Source: Patescibacteria group bacterium
Lineage (GTDB): Bacteria; Patescibacteriota; Microgenomatia; UBA1400; Chisholmbacteraceae
Assembly: GCA_022564195.1 (NCBI GenBank)
Contig: JADFLW010000003.1
Coordinates: 12,747-76,746, forward strand
Length of the DNA stretch: 64,000 nucleotides
Direction of reading: 5' to 3'
Below the pieces are notes generated by a model that did no database searches, was not told the origin of the DNA, and saw only the letters and a list, made by a program, of their open reading frames with translations. The position numbers and the translations under genes were made by a program. Positions 30,173 through 40,552 of the stretch are shown here, one piece after another. Within the stretch, counting starts at the first letter, position 1. Each line of letters starts with the position of its first letter.

Positions 30173-31149
30173 AGAAAGCATACAGGAAGTGTGTTGATGC
30201 TCTCGGTAAGAATAGAATTCAATTGAATGAACCGCTGGCACGGCACACCTACATGAAGGTCGGCGGACCTGCCGATCTCTTCTTCGTCGCCCAAAATAGC
30301 AATGAACTAAAAAAAGCCGTTCGCGCTGCAATGAAGCTCAGCATCCCATATTTCATTCTGGGGGGAGGATCGAACATCCTCGTCGGCGACAAAGGAATAC
30401 GAGGGTTGGTGATCAAAAACCGTGCGGACAAGATCACAATTCATAAATTCAAAGGAAGAATGAAAGATAAAAAAGTGGTTGTTGAAAAGGCACAAGTGGT
30501 GGCCGAGAGTGGAGTGATTACCAATCTTCTTGTCCGCAAAACAATCGAGGAAGGTTTAGCCGGGCTGGAACATTTTCTCGGGGTACCAGGCACGATAGGA
30601 GGGGCAATCTATAACAACTCCCACTACCAGAAGGAGCTTATCGGGAATTTTGTGGAAGAAGTGGCGGTTTTGAATACGGAGGGAAAAGAACATACGTACA
30701 AAAAAAGTGAGATGGACTTTACCTACGATTACTCCATCCTCCAGGAAACACACGAGACGGTACTCACAAGCACCTTCCTCTTGAAGGGGGGAAATCCGAG
30801 AAGAATTTGGAAGAAAGCAGAGCGGTTTGCCAAGCGCCGTGCCGATACCCAACCACTGAGCTTCCCCAGCTCTGGATGCATCTTCAAGAACATTGAATCC
30901 AAAAATGGGACCTACGGCACAAATATTCGACAATACACGGCGGCCGGATACTTGATTGAAAAAGCCGGGCTCAAAGGCACAAAGCTTGGGAAGGCACAGG
31001 TCAGCGAGAAACATGCAAGCTTCATCATCAACACCGGAGGTGCAACGGCAAGTGAGGTCGTGGAACTTATTGATATCGTTCGAGCCAGGGTAAAAGAGAA
31101 ATTTGGGGTCACGTTGGAGATGGAAGTCTTTAAAGTAGGGCAGTTTTAA
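30169..31149 (+). CDS. murB: UDP-N-acetylenolpyruvoylglucosamine reductase
   Basis: 'MKVGGPADLFFV...ILGGGSNILV' FAD-binding MurB pattern. Confidence 0.85.
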   Translation: MKKAYRKCVDALGKNRIQLNEPLARHTYMKVGGPADLFFVAQNSNELKKAVRAAMKLSIPYFILGGGSNILVGDKGIRGLVIKNRADKITIHKFKGRMKDKKVVVEKAQVVAESGVITNLLVRKTIEEGLAGLEHFLGVPGTIGGAIYNNSHYQKELIGNFVEEVAVLNTEGKEHTYKKSEMDFTYDYSILQETHETVLTSTFLLKGGNPRRIWKKAERFAKRRADTQPLSFPSSGCIFKNIESKNGTYGTNIRQYTAAGYLIEKAGLKGTKLGKAQVSEKHASFIINTGGATASEVVELIDIVRARVKEKFGVTLEMEVFKVGQF

Positions 31150-31157
31150 GGATACGA

Positions 31158-32474
31158 ATGGAAAAATTCATCATCCAGGGAGGAAGAGAACTTCACGGCT
31201 CCGTCCGGCTCGGAGGCGCGAAAAACTCAAGCTTCAAGCTCATGATCGCGTCTCTATTGGCTCAAGGAGAAACGCGTCTTTTAAACATCCCACTCATCAA
31301 TGATGTGGAGATCACCCGGCAGATAATCGATCACTTGGGAGGCCGAGTCCGCAGCGCCGGAGAACGGTTGCTTTGCGTTGATGGTACAAATCTCACAACG
31401 AATGAAGTTCCTCAACGCTTCGGAAAACACTCTCGTGCCTCGACGATGTTCATCGCCCCCTTGCTTAGTAGATTCAAGAAGGCGGTTGTCCCATTGCCAG
31501 GAGGAGATAAAATCGGCGCTCGTCCCTTAGACAGGCATTTCGCCGTATTTAAAGCGCTTGGTGCAACCGTCACACAACGAGGCAACGTGGTTGTCGTTTC
31601 CGCAGACCGATTGACTGGTTCACACTACAAATTTGAAAAGAATAGCCATACTGGAACTGAAACGGCGATCATGGCCGCGGTACTGGCTGTGGGCAAAACG
31701 ATCCTGGAAAACGCGGCAGCAGAACCTGAGGTCGACGACCTTATCACTTTTCTCACGAGCATGGGTGCCAAGATTCAAAGGAAGCCCGGTCGCAGAATAG
31801 AGATCATCGGAGTGAAGAAACTTATCCCGACAATCCACCGCATCATGCCGGATCGAAATGAGGCGGTATCCTTCGCCTGCGCGGCGGTTGCAACAGGTGG
31901 AGACATCATTGTGGAAAACGCAAGAGAAGAACATCTCAAAGCGTTTCTCCATAAGCTTGAAGAAGTGGGGGGCGGGTATGAAGTAGGAAGTTTCGGCATT
32001 CGATTTTACCATCAAGGAGCCTTTAGATCGGTTGATGTGGTTACGAAACCGTATCCCGGATTCATGACTGACTGGCAACCGCTCTGGGCCGTGCTGATGA
32101 CGCAAGCCAAGGGCACCGCGATCATCCATGAAACGGTTCACAACAACCGATTCCAGTATGTTCGAGATTTAAGAAAGATGGGTGCCAAGATTTCGCTTTT
32201 CAATCCAAAAGTTACAAATCCAAGAAGGTTCTATAATTTCAATCTTCAAGACGATCGTCCGGAGTATCGCCACGCTGCCAAAATTCAGGGCCCGACGCCA
32301 CTGAAGGGAAGAGAGCTTAAAGTTCATGATCTCCGCGCCGGGGCAACCTTGGTTTTGGCAGCCCTGATTGCCAAAGGGCAAAGCACCATAACTGGAGTGG
32401 ACCATATTGACAGAGGCTACGAAAATCTCGATGGCCGACTGATTGACTTAGGTGCTAGTATAAAGAGGTTGTAA
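31158..32474 (+). CDS. murA: UDP-N-acetylglucosamine 1-carboxyvinyltransferase
   Basis: 'IQGGRELHGSVRLGGAKNSSFKLMIASLLA' EPT-fold signature. Confidence 0.9.
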   Translation: MEKFIIQGGRELHGSVRLGGAKNSSFKLMIASLLAQGETRLLNIPLINDVEITRQIIDHLGGRVRSAGERLLCVDGTNLTTNEVPQRFGKHSRASTMFIAPLLSRFKKAVVPLPGGDKIGARPLDRHFAVFKALGATVTQRGNVVVVSADRLTGSHYKFEKNSHTGTETAIMAAVLAVGKTILENAAAEPEVDDLITFLTSMGAKIQRKPGRRIEIIGVKKLIPTIHRIMPDRNEAVSFACAAVATGGDIIVENAREEHLKAFLHKLEEVGGGYEVGSFGIRFYHQGAFRSVDVVTKPYPGFMTDWQPLWAVLMTQAKGTAIIHETVHNNRFQYVRDLRKMGAKISLFNPKVTNPRRFYNFNLQDDRPEYRHAAKIQGPTPLKGRELKVHDLRAGATLVLAALIAKGQSTITGVDHIDRGYENLDGRLIDLGASIKRL

Positions 32475-32529
32475 TAAAGGGGAAGGGAGGTGGTTGGGAA
32501 GCAAAAATAGCAAAGAAGCGTGTGGTCCC

Positions 32530-32735
32530 GATAGCGCTGGCGCTTATCGGGAATACGAGGAAGGGGGATCCCCCGACATCACGTCGGGGGGATCGGACTC
32601 CCGGTGTAAAATACCGGGGAGAATCTGCGGAGACCCCCTGGTTGTTCGGCCAACCACAACGGACGGATCAAAACCTCGCAGTAATGTGGGAGACAGAGTC
32701 CAACCGAAGCCGAAAGGGTTTTCTTCATCCCTAAT
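32530..32735 (+). ncRNA. glmS ribozyme: candidate glmS ribozyme (GlcN6P-responsive self-cleaving riboswitch) in the glmS 5' leader
   Basis: In the order seen in the Bacillus glmS ribozyme: 'AGCGC' (cleavage-site region, about 32533), 'ACGAGGA.GGGGG' (32554-32566), 'ACUCCCGG' (about 32597-32604) and 'AAAGGGUUUUCUUCA' (about 32714-32728). Compare GACGAGGA, CCUCCCGGCUG and GUAAGGAUUUCUUCA in Bacillus. It lies about 100-300 nt upstream of glmS. Confidence 0.5.
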
Positions 32736-32823
32736 AATTTCCTGATTATTGAACATCAATAAGGAGGAGTGTTTTGTGTGGTGAAACTAGTGTATTTTCA
32801 CCCTAAACCTAAACGCTAATGAT

Positions 32824-34605
32824 ATGTGTGGAATTTTCGGATACGTAGGTCACCAAGAAGACGCAGCCGACATCGTCTTTGAGGGCTTAAAAAGATTGGA
32901 ATACCGCGGATACGACTCTTGGGGAATTGCGGTCAAAAAGCCAGGAACGGGCAGCAAAAATACCTTTGCGATCAGGAAAAGAACGGGAAAGATCGGAAAC
33001 GCCAAGGTCAGTGACCTCCCCAAAAGCAGCTTTGGTTTAGGACACACGAGGTGGGCAACCCATGGTGGGGTAACCAAAATTAATGCCCACCCACATACCG
33101 ACTGCACAGGTTCCATTGTCTTGATCCACAACGGCATAATCGAGAATTACGAAAAGTTGAAAAAGAACCTTATAGCCCACGGCCACCGTTTTGTGTCCGA
33201 AACAGATAGCGAAGTTGCGGTCCATTTGATTGAAGAGCTCAACAAAACCTGCTCATTCACAGAGGCAGTTCGCAAAGCTTTTCTTAAGTTGGAGGGCTTA
33301 AACGCCATAATCGTCATGCATCCGCGAGCGCACACATTTGTTGGGGTCCGGAACGGATCGCCACTTGTCGTTGGTTTGGGAAAGGGAGGAAACTACCTTG
33401 CCTCAGATGCTGCCGCTCTCCTGCCTCACACCAAGAAGGTGTACTTTTTAGAAGATAACGATTTGGTGGTAGCAGACGCAGAGAATGTCCAAATCATCGA
33501 GGTGAAAACGGGGAAGAGAAAGAAGATCAAGCCGCGTACGCTTACCTGGAGCATAAAGCAAGCTGAAAAAGGGAAGTACCCCCATTTCATGATCAAAGAA
33601 ATTCATGAACAGCCGTCCATACTCTCTGAGATTGCTTCGAGTGGTCTCTCTAATGCCAAAAAGCTCAGCAAACATATCGATCAGGCCTTCGACACCTACA
33701 TGGTGGGCTGCGGAACCGCTTCATATGCCTGTATTGCAGGTTCCTACCTTTTTTCCAAAATCGCCAATCGTCATATCAACTGGGCTGTTGGAAGCGAATT
33801 CGGATATCAGCTAGACTTTTTAACCCCAAAAAGCCTGGTTATGGCACTCTCTCAATCTGGCGAAACAATAGATACACTTGAAGCGGTGAAGAAAGCGAAA
33901 GGGAAAGGCGCAAAGATTTTTGCACTTGTCAATACACTTGGGTCGTCTCTGTATCGTGAAGCCGACTATTCAATGCTCATTGGTGCAGGACCAGAGAAAG
34001 CCGTCGCCTCCACAAAAGCCTTCACTGGAAAGCTTGCCCATCTGGTGCTTCTTGCATACGCTCTGGCCGGCAAACCAAAGAGTGGTCAATCGACACTCTT
34101 GAAAGCCGCAAAGGCAAGCAAGACAGTCCTCACTCCTGAATCTAGGGCGAGGATAAAAAAACTCGCGGAGAGGATGAAAAACAAAGAGCACATCTATGTT
34201 ATTGGAAGAGGCTTATCGTACCCCGCGTCGCTAGAAACCGCATTAAAAATCAAAGAGATCTCCTACATCCATGCCGAAGGATTCGCGGCTGGAGAATTGA
34301 AGCACGGCGTGATCGCGCTTGTCGAGAAAGGTACCCCTTGCATTGCCTTTTTACCTAACGATGAAACGTATGGTGCCAATCTCGCTGGCGCGATGGAAAT
34401 GAAGGCCCGTGGCGGCTCCATCATCGGGATTTCCCACAAGCCGCACGAGGTCTTTGATTTCTATATTCCAGTGGCAGATGCTCAAGAAGCCACGATCATT
34501 CCCAATGTCATCGTCGGTCAAGTCTTAGCCTATTATCTCGCGATCGCGCGCGACCTCGACCCCGACATGCCCCGCAACCTCGCTAAATCCGTAACGGTGA
34601 AGTAA
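32824..34605 (+). CDS. glmS: glutamine--fructose-6-phosphate aminotransferase
   Basis: 'MCGIFGYVG' Ntn-amidotransferase start followed by two SIS domains. Confidence 0.9.
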   Translation: MCGIFGYVGHQEDAADIVFEGLKRLEYRGYDSWGIAVKKPGTGSKNTFAIRKRTGKIGNAKVSDLPKSSFGLGHTRWATHGGVTKINAHPHTDCTGSIVLIHNGIIENYEKLKKNLIAHGHRFVSETDSEVAVHLIEELNKTCSFTEAVRKAFLKLEGLNAIIVMHPRAHTFVGVRNGSPLVVGLGKGGNYLASDAAALLPHTKKVYFLEDNDLVVADAENVQIIEVKTGKRKKIKPRTLTWSIKQAEKGKYPHFMIKEIHEQPSILSEIASSGLSNAKKLSKHIDQAFDTYMVGCGTASYACIAGSYLFSKIANRHINWAVGSEFGYQLDFLTPKSLVMALSQSGETIDTLEAVKKAKGKGAKIFALVNTLGSSLYREADYSMLIGAGPEKAVASTKAFTGKLAHLVLLAYALAGKPKSGQSTLLKAAKASKTVLTPESRARIKKLAERMKNKEHIYVIGRGLSYPASLETALKIKEISYIHAEGFAAGELKHGVIALVEKGTPCIAFLPNDETYGANLAGAMEMKARGGSIIGISHKPHEVFDFYIPVADAQEATIIPNVIVGQVLAYYLAIARDLDPDMPRNLAKSVTVK

Positions 34606-34614
34606 GCGAGTCTT

Positions 34615-34989
34615 GTGATTTGCTATACTACTTCTGTTATGCGAAGGCACATCACTGCGTTCGGGCTCGCCTTTTCCGGAATCTGGTATGCTTGGCGCAC
34701 GCAGCCGAATTTTGTTGTCCACTCGCTGTTTACCGCTCTGGTAATTGGCCTTGGTGTGACGCTAGAGATTTCGCACGTTGAGTGGGTAGCACTCCTGCTG
34801 ACCGTCATACTCGTTTTCGTGGCGGAGATGATAAACACCTCGATCGAGTCAATGACGAATCTCATCACCACGGAACACCGGAAAAATGCCAAAATCGCCA
34901 AAGACGTGTCAGCGGGAATGGTATTAACGGCAGTAATTGGCGCCCTAATCATTGGTCTCGTCATCTTCGCACCAAAGATACTGCGTTGA
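34615..34989 (+). CDS. dgkA: diacylglycerol kinase / undecaprenol kinase (DgkA family)
   Basis: Three TM helices. 'EMINTSIESMTNLIT' and 'AKDVSAGMVL' match DAGK_prokar motifs. Confidence 0.65.
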   Translation: MICYTTSVMRRHITAFGLAFSGIWYAWRTQPNFVVHSLFTALVIGLGVTLEISHVEWVALLLTVILVFVAEMINTSIESMTNLITTEHRKNAKIAKDVSAGMVLTAVIGALIIGLVIFAPKILR

Positions 34990-35081
34990 ATAAGAAACAA
35001 GTAATAAGTGACAGGAAAAGAATTCTTAGGTCTTAAACCTTAAACATCAAACATTAAACGTTAACCATTAGTCATCAGCCC

Positions 35082-36110
35082 ATGGCTTTGCTCCTCGGAC
35101 TTCTCATCTTTTCCTTCCTGACAACGGCCATTTTGATCGTGCCGTTCATCAATCTTCTCTATAAACTTCGCTTCCAGAGAGGCCAGCAACGAACTCGTGA
35201 CGCATTTGGAAAACTCACACCAATATTCAATCGTTTCCATAGCGCAAAAGCCGGAACACCGGTAGGTGGTGGATTGCTGGTCATGATCGTCGTCGCGATC
35301 CTCTTCTCGATAGTATTTCCGCTTATTCGGTTTGTAGGTGTTCCTATAACCGAAGTCTATCCCCTTCGCGACGAGGTAAATATCCTGTTCTTCACCTTCA
35401 TCGCCTTTGGTCTTTTGGGCCTCTACGATGACTTCATGAAATTCTTTGGAGTCGACAAAAAGTTCTTCGGACTCCGACTGCGTCATAAGTTTGTCATACA
35501 ATGGATCCTGGCGTTGATCGTTGCCCTCCTTTTGTATGTCAATCTGAAGATCGACATCCTAAACATCCCGTTTGTCGGGGTGTTCAAGCTGGGGTGGTGG
35601 TACGTGCCTTTTGCTGCGTTCACGATTGTTGCATTTACCAATGCATTTAACATCACCGATGGACTCGATGGTTTAGCGACGGGGTTATTGATGATCGCCC
35701 TGTTTGGCTTTTGGGTCATCTCTGCTTCAATTTTGGATACGCCCTTGTCGGTGTTCCTAACCCTATGGTTGGGGGCACTGATCGCGTTTTTGTATTTCAA
35801 TGTCTACCCGGCAAGAATCTTCTTAGGCGATGTCGGGGCCCTCGCTTTCGGAGCAACACTGGCGGTCGTGGGACTACTGCTTGGAAAGATATTAGCACTC
35901 GTGGTCATCGGGGGGCTCTTCGTCATTGAGATTACATCAAGCCTTCTCCAGCTCACCTACAAACGCTTCTACGGGAGGAAGCTATTCCCCGTAGCGCCGG
36001 CGCACCTGTGGTTGCAGCACATCGGATGGGAGGAGCCCAAGATCGTGACAAGAGCTTGGCTGGGCGGGATCATGCTTGCGATCTTCGGCGTCTGGTTAGC
36101 TGTGATCTAA
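35082..36110 (+). CDS. mraY: phospho-N-acetylmuramoyl-pentapeptide transferase
   Basis: 'NAFNITDGLDGLATG' and other MraY loops, with 10 TM helices. Confidence 0.9.
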   Translation: MALLLGLLIFSFLTTAILIVPFINLLYKLRFQRGQQRTRDAFGKLTPIFNRFHSAKAGTPVGGGLLVMIVVAILFSIVFPLIRFVGVPITEVYPLRDEVNILFFTFIAFGLLGLYDDFMKFFGVDKKFFGLRLRHKFVIQWILALIVALLLYVNLKIDILNIPFVGVFKLGWWYVPFAAFTIVAFTNAFNITDGLDGLATGLLMIALFGFWVISASILDTPLSVFLTLWLGALIAFLYFNVYPARIFLGDVGALAFGATLAVVGLLLGKILALVVIGGLFVIEITSSLLQLTYKRFYGRKLFPVAPAHLWLQHIGWEEPKIVTRAWLGGIMLAIFGVWLAVI

Positions 36111-36147
36111 AGCTTCAAAAGGAGAGTTCCCCTGATATAATGAGCCT

Positions 36148-36939
36148 ATGCGACAAGATGCCATAGGCGTCTTTGACTCTGGGGTGGGCGGACTCTCGAT
36201 TTGGCGCGAAATTCGGCGTTTGCTTCCACGGGAGAACACGGTCTATGTCGCAGATCAAAAACACCTTCCGTATGGGGAAAAAAGCGATGAAGAAATAAGA
36301 GGCAGGTCCGAAAAAATCACCAAGTACTTGTTAGATCAAGGATGCTCGCTCATCGTCGTCGCCTGCAACAGTGCCACCGTCTCAGCACTCGCTCAGCTCC
36401 GTCGTCAGTTTTCCATTCCCTTCGTCGGCGTCGAGCCGGCAGTCAAACCGGCTGCCCGAAAAAGCAAGACAGGAGAAATAACGATTCTTGCAACAACCAA
36501 GACCGCAACAAGCAAAAGACAACGGAGTTTGTTAGAGCAGCATGCGAACTCAGTAAAAGTCAATCTTCTTGCGGCACCAGAGTTCGTTGAGCTTGTGGAG
36601 AAAGGGGAGATCGACACTCCTCGCGCATCACGCAGAATCGCTGCCTTTTTGCGATCACACAACCTGGGGAAAAGCGACGTTTTTGTTCTCGGGTGCACCC
36701 ACTACATCTTTTTAAAAGACACGATAAGAAACGCTTTACCGGACCATGTCACGATCATCGAGCCGTCAAGGGCGATAGCCAAGAGAGTCGAGTCGATAAG
36801 AAAAAATCAAGTGAGAAAAACGCAACAAAAGCCGGGAAAGCAGAGGTTCATGACCACCGCAAATGTGGTTCGCTTCACAAACGTTGCCCAAAAGCTTATC
36901 GGAGGCGCAATAGAATCAGCAGGGAAGCTCGAGGTATGA
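36148..36939 (+). CDS. murI: glutamate racemase
   Basis: 'IGVFDSGVGGLSI...VVACNSATV' Asp/Glu racemase motifs. Confidence 0.85.
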   Translation: MRQDAIGVFDSGVGGLSIWREIRRLLPRENTVYVADQKHLPYGEKSDEEIRGRSEKITKYLLDQGCSLIVVACNSATVSALAQLRRQFSIPFVGVEPAVKPAARKSKTGEITILATTKTATSKRQRSLLEQHANSVKVNLLAAPEFVELVEKGEIDTPRASRRIAAFLRSHNLGKSDVFVLGCTHYIFLKDTIRNALPDHVTIIEPSRAIAKRVESIRKNQVRKTQQKPGKQRFMTTANVVRFTNVAQKLIGGAIESAGKLEV

Positions 36940-38291
36940 CGCCATTTGAAAAATTCAAAAAGGACTTTCAAGAGAAACGCGTGTTGATATTTGGTATCGG
37001 GTTGCTCGGGAGAGGGATTGACGTTGCAAGAACGTTCGCGAGTATCGGATCTCACGTGTTAGCGACGGATCTCAAAACACGAAAGATGTTAAGACCATCA
37101 TTGGAGAAACTTGAAGGAATACCCGTCGAATTGAGGCTTGGCGAGCATAGGCTAGAAGATGTGTTAAACGCCGATGTGCTCATTCGCAATCCCGCGGTAC
37201 CTTGGCATCACCCACTCCTTGACCGTGCTAGAAAAAAGGGGATTCCGATTCACATGGATTCGAGCCTGTTTGCCAGATATTTCCCGGGTAGAATAATCGG
37301 CATCACCGGAACCCGCGGTAAAACCACGACCACAATGATGATCTTTAAATTGCTAAAAAATCAGAAAGGCTTGAGAGTTGTGCTTGCCGGCAACGCAACG
37401 AGAACAGCAAATATACGGCTTTTGAAAAACGCTTCACCCGATCAAATAGCAGTGATGGAACTCTCCTCATGGGAACTACAAGGATTCCGACACCTGCGTG
37501 TAAGCCCGCACATTGGAGTTATCACCAACATCTACAAAGATCATCTCAATCGGTATAAAGCTATGGAAGAATACGTTTCAGACAAAGAAGCAATTTTTGC
37601 CTTTCAGAAAGAAAAGGATTACATTCTTTTAAATAAGAAGAACGCCTGGACCATGGATATGGCCAAACGAGCCCCGTCAAAGGTAATCTGGTTCTCTGCG
37701 AAAGACTTTCCCTCAATTTGGACGCTCAATCTCATTGGCAGCCACAACAGAGAAAACGCGGCCGCAGCGCTGAAGGTGGGCAGGCTCATGGGTATGCGCC
37801 AGGGGACAATGAAATCCGTTTTTTCGCGATTCCAACCAGTTCCGCACAGGTTAGAAACCGTCGCCGAGTTGAGAGGCGTGCGATTCATAAACGATACAAC
37901 ATCGACCACCCCAATTGCCACTCTGAAGGCGCTGCGGGCGATTTCGGCTCCCACGATCCTTTTGGTGGGAGGAAACAGCAAGAACTTGCCTCTCAATGAG
38001 TTAGCCCGGGAGATTTCCAAAAAAACAAAAGGTGTGCTTCTCCTGCGAGGCGATGGAACCGCCAAACTCAAAAAAGAGCTTCAGCGTCACAAGAAAGCGC
38101 CGATCCTCAAAGAGAATCTCTCTTTAGAGAAAGCAATTGAAGCCGCAGCCAAGACAGCAACTTCCGGTGATGTGGTCCTTCTCAGTCCCGGATTCACCTC
38201 ATTTTCTGAGTTCAACAACGAATTCGAACGTGGAGAGCGCTTCAAGGAAGTTGTAAAGAACTTGGCCGCTAAAAAGAGGAAGAAGAAGTAG
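36936..38291 (+). CDS. murD: UDP-N-acetylmuramoylalanine--D-glutamate ligase
   Basis: Rossmann N-terminus 'VLIFGIGLLGRG' and 'GITGTRGKTTTTMM'. Start at 'MTPFEKF', an ATGA overlap with the murI stop. The ORF-track start at 36693 is an upstream extension. Confidence 0.8.
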   Translation: MTPFEKFKKDFQEKRVLIFGIGLLGRGIDVARTFASIGSHVLATDLKTRKMLRPSLEKLEGIPVELRLGEHRLEDVLNADVLIRNPAVPWHHPLLDRARKKGIPIHMDSSLFARYFPGRIIGITGTRGKTTTTMMIFKLLKNQKGLRVVLAGNATRTANIRLLKNASPDQIAVMELSSWELQGFRHLRVSPHIGVITNIYKDHLNRYKAMEEYVSDKEAIFAFQKEKDYILLNKKNAWTMDMAKRAPSKVIWFSAKDFPSIWTLNLIGSHNRENAAAALKVGRLMGMRQGTMKSVFSRFQPVPHRLETVAELRGVRFINDTTSTTPIATLKALRAISAPTILLVGGNSKNLPLNELAREISKKTKGVLLLRGDGTAKLKKELQRHKKAPILKENLSLEKAIEAAAKTATSGDVVLLSPGFTSFSEFNNEFERGERFKEVVKNLAAKKRKKK

Positions 38292-38303
38292 CGTAACGTA
38301 TCT

Positions 38304-39407
38304 ATGCGCAGCCGCAGAACTAAACCAAAAGAACTCAAACAGACACAACGCAAAAGCATGGACCATGTCCTGCTCATTACGACCAGCATCCTCACCCTCT
38401 TTGGGGTGCTCATGGTGTATGACGCCTCTGTCGTTGAGGCCTACAGAGATTTCTCTGATAAATTTTATTTTGCAAAGCAGCAACTGGTTTGGGCGGGATT
38501 GGGTCTCATGCTGATGCTTGTTGTTTCCCAAATTCCATATCAGCTCTTCCGACGAGTGGCACTCTGGGCATTCGCGGCAACGGTTCTCATGCTCCTTCTG
38601 GTTCTCATTCCCTCAATTGGGACGAAAGTCTTGGGCGCTCGTCGCTGGATCAACATCAGAGGCTTCACTCTCCAACCAGCGGAACTAGCAAAGCTGACGT
38701 TGGCGATGTATTTAGCTTCCTTTCTGGAAAAAAAGCAGCCGTTTATCCAGTTCGCGCTGATTACGGCTGCAGTCGTTGGGCTCATCATGCTTGAGCCTGA
38801 CTTAGGCACGGCCACGGTGATGGCGAGCATCGCAGTAGCAGTCTACTTTTTTTCAGGAGCACCTCTGCGGGCGATATTTGCGGTTTTAAGCGCTGGTCTC
38901 CTTGGAGGCTTTGGCTTCATTGCCACCTCCGAATACAGAAGGGCGCGGGTGGCAACCTTTCTGGATCCTTCAAAGGATCCTCTGGGAATCTCCTACCATA
39001 TTCGACAAGTGCTCATCGCCTTAGGATCCGGTGGCGTGTTTGGCGTCGGAATAGGAAAATCTAGGCAGAAGTACGAGTATATTCCGGCTGCAACCACGGA
39101 CTCGATCTTTGCAATCGTTGCGGAAGAATTAGGATTCATTGGGGCGGCAGTGTTGATCGCCCTCTTCGTCGTGCTCTTCATACGAAGCTTCAGTATCGCA
39201 AAACGGGCTCCGGATCAATTTAGCAAGCTACTGGCTGGCGGTATAGCGACGTGGATAAGTATTCAGACCCTCATCAATTTGGCGACAATGGTCGCGCTAC
39301 TTCCACTAACAGGAGTACCCTTGCCACTGATTTCGTACGGTGGATCGTCAACCATAGCCACTTTAGTGGGAGTCGGCATGCTCCTAAGCATCTCAAAAAG
39401 TTTGTAG
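38304..39407 (+). CDS. ftsW: cell division protein FtsW (SEDS peptidoglycan glycosyltransferase)
   Basis: 10-TM SEDS architecture and its position between murD and murG. An alternative start lies at 38358. Confidence 0.8.
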   Translation: MRSRRTKPKELKQTQRKSMDHVLLITTSILTLFGVLMVYDASVVEAYRDFSDKFYFAKQQLVWAGLGLMLMLVVSQIPYQLFRRVALWAFAATVLMLLLVLIPSIGTKVLGARRWINIRGFTLQPAELAKLTLAMYLASFLEKKQPFIQFALITAAVVGLIMLEPDLGTATVMASIAVAVYFFSGAPLRAIFAVLSAGLLGGFGFIATSEYRRARVATFLDPSKDPLGISYHIRQVLIALGSGGVFGVGIGKSRQKYEYIPAATTDSIFAIVAEELGFIGAAVLIALFVVLFIRSFSIAKRAPDQFSKLLAGGIATWISIQTLINLATMVALLPLTGVPLPLISYGGSSTIATLVGVGMLLSISKSL

Positions 39408-39412
39408 GACCC

Positions 39413-40552
39413 ATGGATAGCAATACACGACGCAAGAAACTGCTTATTACCGGAGGGCACCTCACGCCCGCCATTGCCGTGATCCAGCGGCTTAAGAACC
39501 ATGAGTGGGAAGTGATCTTTATGGGGCGCAAAGTCGCGCAAGAAGGAACCAGCGATCCAGCAAGAGAAATGCAGGAAATTCCAAAGCTTGGGGTCAAGAT
39601 CATTACAATACCGGCCGGAAAACTTCCTCGGCACCTCAGCCTTCGCTCTATGCTTGCCGTTCTTCGCTTCCCCGCTGGTCTCCTTGCGGCTTTCTGGCAC
39701 ATCATGCGTTTACGCCCTGACGTGATCCTCTCATTTGGCGGATATGTCGCCCTGCCAACGGCACTGGCCGGGAAAGTGCTAGGCATCCCAATTGTCACCC
39801 ACGAACAGACGCTGACCAAGGGCCTTGCAAATGCAATCATTGAACGATTCGCAGATGCCGTTGCTGTTTCTTGGAAAGAAACGAAGACCATTTTCAAAGG
39901 AAATGTGGTAGTAACCGGCAATCCGCTGCGAGAAGAGATTGTCCGCTCAGATGGATGGAAAGTGCCAATCCAAAACACGAACATTCCGCTGCTGTATATC
40001 ACTGGAGGAAATCAAGGAGCACATCGAATAAATATGGTAGTCAAAAAGGCGCTGCCGCAACTTTTGAAAAAGTATGCCATCGTGCATCAATGCGGATCGG
40101 CCAGAGAAAAAAGTGATTACACGATGCTCCTTCAAACGAGAGCATCTCTACCAGACGAACTGAAAAACCGCTATGTCATACGCGATTGGTTCCAAGAGTC
40201 GGAGGTGGCCTGGCTCTTAAGAAATGCGGATCTGATTATCTCTCGTTCAGGAGCAAACACGATAACGGAAATCGCATACACGGGCGCGACAGCCCTATTC
40301 ATTCCTCTGCCCATTGCAGGAAGAAATGAGCAGCTTGCCAACGCAGAGTTTATAAAGGCCGCGGGCACGGCCGAGATTTTACTCCAAAGTAAGCTTTCGC
40401 CAGTCACGCTGAGGAAAAAAATTCGGCAGATGCTTAAGGACCTTACCAACTACAAAAGAAATGCAGCAAAAGCCCGCGCCTTGGTGGTTCCCAACGCCGC
40501 CAGAAAGGTCATCAAGCTAGTTGATCAAGTGTATGAGAAAGCGAAGAAGTAA
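39413..40552 (+). CDS. murG: undecaprenyldiphospho-muramoylpentapeptide beta-N-acetylglucosaminyltransferase
   Basis: 'LLITGGHLTPAIAV' N-terminal G-loop, GT28 fold. Start at 'MDSNTRRKK', just after the ftsW stop. Confidence 0.85.
   Translation: MDSNTRRKKLLITGGHLTPAIAVIQRLKNHEWEVIFMGRKVAQEGTSDPAREMQEIPKLGVKIITIPAGKLPRHLSLRSMLAVLRFPAGLLAAFWHIMRLRPDVILSFGGYVALPTALAGKVLGIPIVTHEQTLTKGLANAIIERFADAVAVSWKETKTIFKGNVVVTGNPLREEIVRSDGWKVPIQNTNIPLLYITGGNQGAHRINMVVKKALPQLLKKYAIVHQCGSAREKSDYTMLLQTRASLPDELKNRYVIRDWFQESEVAWLLRNADLIISRSGANTITEIAYTGATALFIPLPIAGRNEQLANAEFIKAAGTAEILLQSKLSPVTLRKKIRQMLKDLTNYKRNAAKARALVVPNAARKVIKLVDQVYEKAKK

Noticed and set aside
32494-32759. Small ORFs (83, 70 and 71 aa) in the glmS leader
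   Set aside because: They cover the candidate glmS ribozyme and have no SD or motifs. The RNA-element interpretation is preferred.
38304-38357. The ATG 38304 start of ftsW versus the internal 'MDHVLL' start at 38358
   Set aside because: Cannot be discriminated from sequence alone. Kept the longer ORF, but the N-terminal 18 basic residues may be 5' UTR.
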